Positions 62,644 through 64,000 of a DNA stretch of 64,000 nt are shown piece by piece (the first letter of the stretch is position 1; the number at the start of each line of letters is the position of its first letter). The DNA is taken from assembly GCF_004010195.1 (NCBI RefSeq), contig NC_057760.1:426408-490407 (forward strand), written 5' to 3'. The position numbers were made by a program, and so were the translations under genes. The notes under the pieces are model-generated. The model searched no databases. It had not been told where the DNA came from and saw nothing but the letters and a program-made list of their open reading frames with translations. This DNA comes from Chiloscyllium plagiosum. Taxonomy: Eukaryota.

Positions 62644-64000
62644 CCTGGAATCTAAATCTGTCATGGTGACTATGACAGCCATCAACCGTCATAAAGGCTT
62701 GCCGTTAATGGAAGGAAACCTGCTGCTCCTTTGCAGTTGGACCCTACAGGTGACTCCAGACTCGTGTGATGACTCCAGACTCCTCTGAAGTGGCTGAACT
62801 AGTTTAAGCAGCAATTAGGGACAGGCAATAGATTACTGATTTACCAGTGAAAATGTTTTTTTTTTTAAAAATGCACACAGGACAGTAAGTGGATAACAAA
62901 ACACCCTCGGTTTGCTAAATTCCTTGTGTGTGGGGCAGAGGGCAAAGATGGATTGCCCACAGTTTACAAATGCCTTGGGCAATAGGGCAGAAAGCTTTTA
63001 CAAAACACTCCACTTTTTGTGCAAAACCTTCCTACGTGGGGCAGGAGATTTATGTAATGCCCCAGTTTGCACGAGGGGCAGGAAACTAAGTAGACCCCAT
63101 ATAGCAAATCCCAGAGGCAAGTGGGCTGAGGTTGTGAATAAAGGCCCCAATGCACAAAACCCACAGGCATGTGGGGACAGGCGACTTACAAATACCCCAG
63201 AGCCCGTGAAAGATAAAGTGCCACAGCTCGCAAAGCCCTTATGCAAAATGCCTCAATGGGTGGGTTGGAAAAAAAAAGTAAGAGGACAGGTAAACTCTCA
63301 TGCAAATGGTGTTGATGTTAAAATTAAAGCTGCAACTTGGAAGGAGAAGAATTCAATTTAGATGGGCCACCCATGGGAAATGCATGGTTACAGTGATTGG
63401 GTGGGGGAGGAGAGGGGGAGAACGGGTGGGGGAGGGATGCCCTTCAATGGATTGGCATGGAATTATTGGTGAAAATGTAGTATGGGTGTTTTATCCACCT
63501 TTAAGCTTCTTCAGCACCTTTGGCCACTTTAGTCACCTCGGCCCCTGACTATCATGAAAATCTGCTGTGTTATTGGTGTCTTCCATTTGGTAAAGCAAAA
63601 TCACATGTCCATCAAACTGAGTTGCATTGATGTGCCCTGGGAAACCTGTTAGAGGGGGTTTTCAGTTACGAATGTCTGACTTCGGAATGCTTGTACAAAT
63701 GAATGCGATCTCATACAAGGTGTAGTTGACATAGGAATGACCTGTTTTATGTAGTCCGACATTGTGTTCTGACTTGAGTACAAATCGAATTATGAACAGA
63801 CTCCTGAATGGCACCTATTTGCAACCCAGGGGACTGCCTGTGTGCAGTAATACCAATGCCTGGAATAAGAAACTAATCCTAGGCCATTGAGGACAGGTCA
63901 GGGTGGGAAGGCACCTGGTCTGTTTAGACTGGTTGTGTTAAACAAGTCCAAGCCCATGAATTCCAGTTCACGTTTAAGCTATGACTTTGGAAAAAATGAT

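Noticed and set aside
63165..63170. ATGCCT|gtgggt on - as RPS27 exon 1 (MP)
   Set aside because: The phase and codons fit, but there is no CpG island or convincing 5'TOP promoter. The true exon 1 probably lies beyond the window; RNA-seq is needed.

Overview
Eukaryotic, repeat-rich vertebrate DNA, most likely from a shark. The inference rests on abundant HE1-like V-SINEs, HER1/CR1-type LINE fragments sharing their 3' tail, and Penelope-like elements. Five spliced genes were reconstructed by hand from exon translations and GT/AG boundaries. (1) The 3' part of carbonic anhydrase 14 (CA14, +). (2) A complete 7-exon APH1A (-, 798-nt CDS, 265 aa) whose exon 1 and promoter occur twice in tandem. (3) The last three coding exons of RAB13 (-). 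(4) An isolated terminal (9d-type) tropomyosin exon, probably TPM3 (+). (5) RPS27 exons 2-4 (-). RAB13 and TPM3 both lack their 5' exons on either side of an exact 500-N gap, which suggests the right-hand contig is scaffolded in the wrong orientation. The most interesting observations are: small fold-back Penelope-derived insertions carrying minimal hammerhead-ribozyme motifs and 12-18 bp target-site duplications; a 951-bp APH1A promoter/exon-1 duplication flanking one such element like a giant TSD; an array of fixed-spacing TGATTGACAG-N9-CCAAT composite motifs upstream of APH1A; a candidate CA14 terminal exon encoding an amphipathic helix instead of a transmembrane anchor; SINE-internal 53-bp minisatellite expansions; and a solo LTR with two A-tailed inserts at one site. 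Most ORFs in the supplied track are repeat-derived or spurious. Gene names rest on remembered similarity to vertebrate orthologues, not on database searches.
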